From positions 1-55,215 of IMG/VR virus record IMGVR_UViG_3300002098_000007: 55,215 nucleotides of DNA; one strand, given 5' to 3'. The position numbers and the translations under genes are program-made. This document shows, one piece after another, positions 52,390-55,215 of the stretch (position 1 is its first letter; each line of letters starts with the position of its first letter). A model generated the notes under the pieces. That model saw nothing but the letters and a program-made list of their open reading frames with translations, searched no databases and was not told where the DNA came from. The DNA comes from a virus.

Positions 52390-53015
52390 GGCTGAACTCC
52401 AAAGTTATATCCAATCAACTGACAGAACAAACGGTATTGCTCTAAATGCTCTTTGTTTTCTTTATGAGATTTTTCGATTTGTTTTGAAAACTCTGCAACC
52501 GTTCCAGTAAAGCAACCACAAACAACTCGAACACCGATTTTTTCATCCATAAAAGCCGTGGTGAATCTGCCTGACGATTTGGCAGGGCCGATCAGTAGCC
52601 AATGAGTTCTATCAGACACTTGAGCATTGCCAGACACCTGAGCATTGCCAGACACCTGAGCATTGCCAGACACCCGAGCATCGCCATACACCCGAGCATC
52701 GCCAGACACCCGAGCATCGCCAGACACCCGAGCATTGCCAGACACCCAAGCATTGCCAGACACCCAAGCATCGCCATACACCCAAGCATTGCCAGACACC
52801 CAAGCATTGTCATACACCCGAGCATTGCCAGACACCCAAGCATTGCCAGACACCCAAGCATCGCCAGACACTTGAGAAAGATTTTTCTCTGATTCAATAT
52901 ATCCACCCAAATCATTAGGCGTTACCAATGAACCAATTGCAACAAGTGCGCGAATTCGGTACAAAGTTTTTCCAAAAACCTGCTTTGTGTCTGTTTTTAC
53001 AAGTTCATATTTCAT
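52386..53015 (-). CDS. Hexapeptide-repeat (left-handed beta-helix-like) protein
   Basis: ATG 53015 follows AGAGGA (MKYELVKTD...). It carries about 15 consecutive 6-aa units, (G/Y)(N/D)A(W/R/Q)VS. The ORF-track start at 53069 lies in a duplicated gene-start remnant. Confidence 0.65.
   Translation of the reverse strand: MKYELVKTDTKQVFGKTLYRIRALVAIGSLVTPNDLGGYIESEKNLSQVSGDAWVSGNAWVSGNARVYDNAWVSGNAWVYGDAWVSGNAWVSGNARVSGDARVSGDARVYGDARVSGNAQVSGNAQVSGNAQVSDRTHWLLIGPAKSSGRFTTAFMDEKIGVRVVCGCFTGTVAEFSKQIEKSHKENKEHLEQYRLFCQLIGYNFGVQP
52613..52876. repeat. 18-bp tandem repeat array, 14 full units plus one partial (cagacacc[c/t][g/a]agcat[t/c]gc)
   Basis: Units start every 18 bp from 52613 to 52865 (counted individually). 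They encode the hexapeptide repeats on the minus strand. Confidence 0.9.
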
Positions 53016-53054
53016 AACAATGCGTCCTCTGTTTGTGCGCGTTGTTGTTGCGCG

Positions 53055-53079
53055 TATCCATGATTTCATCTTGTGTCAT
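53055..53079. repeat. 25-bp direct repeat, copy 1 (tatccatgatttcatcttgtgtcat)
   Basis: Identical to 53279-53303. It carries a second, orphan copy of the MTQDEIMD gene start. Confidence 0.9.
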
Positions 53080-53303
53080 GCTTTACCTCTTGCTCGAATC
53101 ATGGTGGCAAACCTTCTAGGCCATTGACTTTGACTTTCTTTGTCAACTTCATCACACAAGTTTGCACACGCCTCACGCTCTTTAGCTGCTACCAGTTGGG
53201 CAAAGGCTTCAATCATGGCGTAATTGGTTCCAATCGGGTCGCCAATGTGCGTCACCACAAATCCAGCCTGTCTAGCCATATCCATGATTTCATCTTGTGT
53301 CAT
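53076..53303 (-). CDS. Accessory protein, MARQAG...EREACA...IRARGxA family, copy 2
   Basis: 75 aa. It reads EIMDMARQAG...FAQLVAAKEREACA...MIRARGKA. Confidence 0.6.
   Translation of the reverse strand: MTQDEIMDMARQAGFVVTHIGDPIGTNYAMIEAFAQLVAAKEREACANLCDEVDKESQSQWPRRFATMIRARGKA
53279..53303. repeat. 25-bp direct repeat, copy 2
   Basis: Identical to 53055-53079. It covers the true start of gene 53076..53303. Confidence 0.9.
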
Positions 53304-53488
53304 ACATCCTCCAATGCTTCTTTAATGACGGCTTGAGCAAACTTAGCCACGGGAAATGGCATCGCTTTGTCAATCATTTCCAACGACTCCAACACTTGTT
53401 CCAGTTTGGCCCGATCAATCGTGACCTTGCTGCCATCTGTCACGCCATGCGCCACTCTGAGCTGCTGCTGTTTTTCTGCATCATTCAT
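53300..53488 (-). CDS. Hypothetical protein
   Basis: ATG 53488 (MNDAEKQQQL...) overlaps the upstream stop (ATGA). The ORF-track start at 53500 is TTG. Confidence 0.5.
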   Translation of the reverse strand: MNDAEKQQQLRVAHGVTDGSKVTIDRAKLEQVLESLEMIDKAMPFPVAKFAQAVIKEALEDV

Positions 53489-53652
53489 GTCAGCACCCAA
53501 AACACTAAGACTAAACTCAACACCGAGAGCATGTAGATGATCTTGTCGGCAGGATGAGTTTTTTCAACCTCGGGACGAATCAGCGGATCTGCCCATGAGT
53601 AGAAAGTAGCATCATCAAGAGTGCGCGGAGTTTCAAAATAGGACGGTTTCAT
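53485..53652 (-). CDS. Small protein (55 aa) with a C-terminal TM
   Basis: Not in the ORF track. It reads MKPSYFETPRTLDDATFYSWADPLIRPEVEKTHPADKIIYMLSVLSLVLVFWVLT and is ATGA-coupled at both ends. Confidence 0.45.
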   Translation of the reverse strand: MKPSYFETPRTLDDATFYSWADPLIRPEVEKTHPADKIIYMLSVLSLVLVFWVLT

Positions 53653-53840
53653 TTCTTTGCCCCTTTGTACGTTATACGCGATTCACCAACCAAGCTAGGG
53701 TGAGCAAAAGCATCATATGCGCCGGGGCGCAGGCAGGTCTGTTTCAGCTCTTCTCCTTTATAACGCTGATTTAAAGGCACATAACTTGAAACCGGGACGC
53801 GCTGCACGCGACGAGTGAGGCGGCTAATCATAGAATTCAT
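53649..53840 (-). CDS. Hypothetical protein
   Basis: 63-aa ORF. Confidence 0.5.
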   Translation of the reverse strand: MNSMISRLTRRVQRVPVSSYVPLNQRYKGEELKQTCLRPGAYDAFAHPSLVGESRITYKGAKK

Positions 53841-53843
53841 AGT

Positions 53844-54311
53844 TCAAATCTCCTTTACGTTGACAAGCATAAAATCACGACCGTTCACCCCTACAACAGC
53901 GCGCTCGCCGGCCTTTGCCGCGCGGTAGAGCTGCAGCGTCAAGCGGTCTTGCTGTGCAGTGGTCATCCAGTCGGGGTTGGCCTTCCACATTGCGTGCGCG
54001 TTGGCCCAAACCTCTTTGGTATCCAGACACGTAATTGTGCGGTCGAGCTTAAGCGAGCTGGACACCTGCGGACGGATCATCTGCGGGTTAGCGGGCTGCA
54101 GCGCCCGAGCTATAGCGTTCATAGTCTTTTCTTTCTGCGTTAAGTTGCTGCGGTCTGCCCAGAGCACAGCGAGCAGGTTCTTCACTGCTCGTTCGGCCTC
54201 GGGGCGATCCTTAAACCGGGCGGCTTTCTTCTCTTTTGCGTGAAGGTTGTAAAAGTCCCACAGCTCGCGGTTGGTGGCGAGGCCGACGTTGATTTGTGGT
54301 TTTGTGCTCAT
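53844..54311 (-). CDS. Hypothetical early protein
   Basis: 155-aa ORF. Confidence 0.55.
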   Translation of the reverse strand: MSTKPQINVGLATNRELWDFYNLHAKEKKAARFKDRPEAERAVKNLLAVLWADRSNLTQKEKTMNAIARALQPANPQMIRPQVSSSLKLDRTITCLDTKEVWANAHAMWKANPDWMTTAQQDRLTLQLYRAAKAGERAVVGVNGRDFMLVNVKEI

Positions 54312-54481
54312 CTGTTACCCCAAAGCATGTGCTCTTTAAAGTCTTCGTAATATACGCTGTCTTCCATCAACCGAACCAACCGGTGACCATTACCCACGGG
54401 GAGCCGATCACACAAATAGTCCGAGTACTCGTTGTCAAATTCGCCGCGGTCAAACCGCTCTTCAAACTCTTGTTCTGTCAT
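54308..54481 (-). CDS. Small acidic hypothetical protein (57 aa)
   Basis: Not in the ORF track. It reads MTEQEFEERFDRGEFDNEYSDYLCDRLPVGNGHRLVRLMEDSVYYEDFKEHMLWGNR, has a GGAG RBS, and its stop overlaps the downstream ATG (ATGA). Confidence 0.45.
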   Translation of the reverse strand: MTEQEFEERFDRGEFDNEYSDYLCDRLPVGNGHRLVRLMEDSVYYEDFKEHMLWGNR

Positions 54482-54584
54482 AAGGGGGACTCCGGTAACT
54501 GTTGACGTTGCTGCCGAGCGTATTCGCTCTTTTGTTTATTTGTCCAGGGCACAGGGCCTAGGGGCGAGGGGAAAGGCCAAGTGT

Positions 54585-54794
54585 TCACACCGCCCCCTCT
54601 TTCACTTCTCGACGTATCAATCGGCAGCCGAAGTTGTCTTCGTAGTACTTAGCTAGCGAGCGAGCCCGAGCCGGATTAAAGGTGAACTCACCTACAGCGA
54701 AAGGCTCAGCGTCTTCGTCAATCAGCTCACCTTTAAGCTCGTAAGAGAACAGGCCGTACTGGTCAACCGTGGTTATAAACTCTAGTTCGTTCAC
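54585..54794 (-). CDS. Hypothetical early protein
   Basis: 69-aa ORF overlapping the upstream stop. Confidence 0.5.
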   Translation of the reverse strand: MNELEFITTVDQYGLFSYELKGELIDEDAEPFAVGEFTFNPARARSLAKYYEDNFGCRLIRREVKEGAV

Positions 54795-55075
54795 AGCGCA
54801 ACCTCCGCTTCGAGTTGTAGGTAAATTTCAACATCCCGCAGGCAGGAGTTGTACTCCTTCGCGCTCAGCAGGTGTGTTATGTCTTCCCACTCCGCGTCGC
54901 CCGTGACGCGAGCCAGCGCAAAGACATCTAACCCGCCGTAAAGACCGACCGAAGGGTCGTAGGGCGCGTAATTAAACACCAACGCCAGTTCGCGCTCGCC
55001 CAGGACCTCGTCAAGGCTCATGGGGAACTCGTCGGTCAAAAAGCAACCGTCATAGTGTGTGAGTTGATTAGTCAT
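54791..55075 (-). CDS. Hypothetical early protein
   Basis: ATG 55075 (MTNQLTHYDG...) lies 10 nt after GGAGG. The ORF-track start at 55084 is TTG. Confidence 0.5.
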   Translation of the reverse strand: MTNQLTHYDGCFLTDEFPMSLDEVLGERELALVFNYAPYDPSVGLYGGLDVFALARVTGDAEWEDITHLLSAKEYNSCLRDVEIYLQLEAEVAL

Positions 55076-55080
55076 AGTCT

Positions 55081-55215
55081 TCAAGCCTCCACAAAAGCCA
55101 CTGCACCCGCACCCAGGGGCAACTCTCGCAGCACGCTGCCATACTGGCTAATTTGCAGGCCCAACGCACGGGCTTCGGCCAGTAGCTCTTGAGTGCTTTT
55201 ACGAGTGCGAGCAGC
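55081..55215 (-). CDS. 3' part of the gene split across the contig ends (same gene as 1..178)
   Basis: In frame to TGA at 55083-55081. Bases 55137-55215 duplicate 1-79. Confidence 0.5.
   Translation of the reverse strand, partial: AARTRKSTQELLAEARALGLQISQYGSVLRELPLGAGAVAFVEA
55137..55215. repeat. Terminal direct repeat, copy 2 (identical to 1-79)
   Basis: Exact 79-nt match to the window start, checked base by base. Confidence 0.95.

Noticed and set aside
52613-52876. A regular short-repeat array that could be mistaken for a CRISPR array.
   Set aside because: The units are contiguous, with 18-bp period and no spacers. They lie wholly inside a coding sequence and translate to a hexapeptide repeat. 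No cas genes are present.
54516-54541. A plus-strand-oriented terminator-like hairpin (gagcg-tatt-cgctc followed by ttttgtttattt) inside the minus arm.
   Set aside because: The stem is only 5 bp. No plus-strand gene lies upstream, and in the transcribed (minus) orientation no U-tract follows. At most it is a weak antisense-transcription stop.
1-55215. A search for lysogeny or mobile-element functions (integrase, excisionase, CI/Cro-type repressor, transposase, att-like repeats).
   Set aside because: No ORF shows tyrosine- or serine-recombinase, transposase or HTH-repressor hallmarks by eye. The only long exact repeat is the 79-bp assembly-type end duplication. A virulent lifestyle is therefore inferred, although small HTH proteins could have been missed without a profile search.

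Overview
The window is a complete, circularly closed dsDNA phage genome. Bases 1-79 are repeated exactly at 55137-55215, so the unique length is 55136 bp. It looks like a virulent P22-like podovirus: no integrase, repressor, tRNA, rRNA or CRISPR array was seen.

Genes form two divergent arms that leave one control region (179-406) and converge at about 37717-37808.

- **Plus arm (407-37717):** SF2 helicase, a Prim-Pol/helicase fusion, a probable origin (iterons plus a GATC cluster at 4516-4732), and terminase small and large subunits. Then come the portal, scaffold, major capsid, gp4-like adaptor, gp10-like hub, a needle with a C1q/TNF-like knob and three large ejection proteins. The arm ends with a 1288-aa tail fibre carrying an S74 chaperone domain and a lysis cassette (embedded Rz/Rz1, GH19 endolysin).
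- **Unexpected enzymes on the plus arm:** a SAM-methyltransferase/GT9 glycosyltransferase fusion (16143-17717) and a full-length PurD-like ATP-grasp ligase (29218-30552) sit inside the virion operon.
- **Minus arm, read in transcription order (55215 down to 37808):** a GC-poor block of small paralogous accessory genes, a candidate DNA-modification cluster, a family-B DNA polymerase and a recombination module (Sak4-like ATPase, DUF669, Cas4-like nuclease, RuvC-like resolvase, DEDDh exonuclease).

**Main candidate system (43508-49440):** a thymidine (5-hmdU-type) DNA hypermodification cluster. It contains an HD 5'-deoxynucleotidase, a divergent ThyA-family enzyme, a P-loop kinase, two candidate aGPT-Pplase / amino-acid:DNA-transferase-like proteins and a fold-type-II PLP enzyme. 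No radical-SAM partner was seen, so the final base may differ from described ones.

All functional calls come from motifs read by eye in the supplied translations and from remembered family hallmarks. No database search was run.
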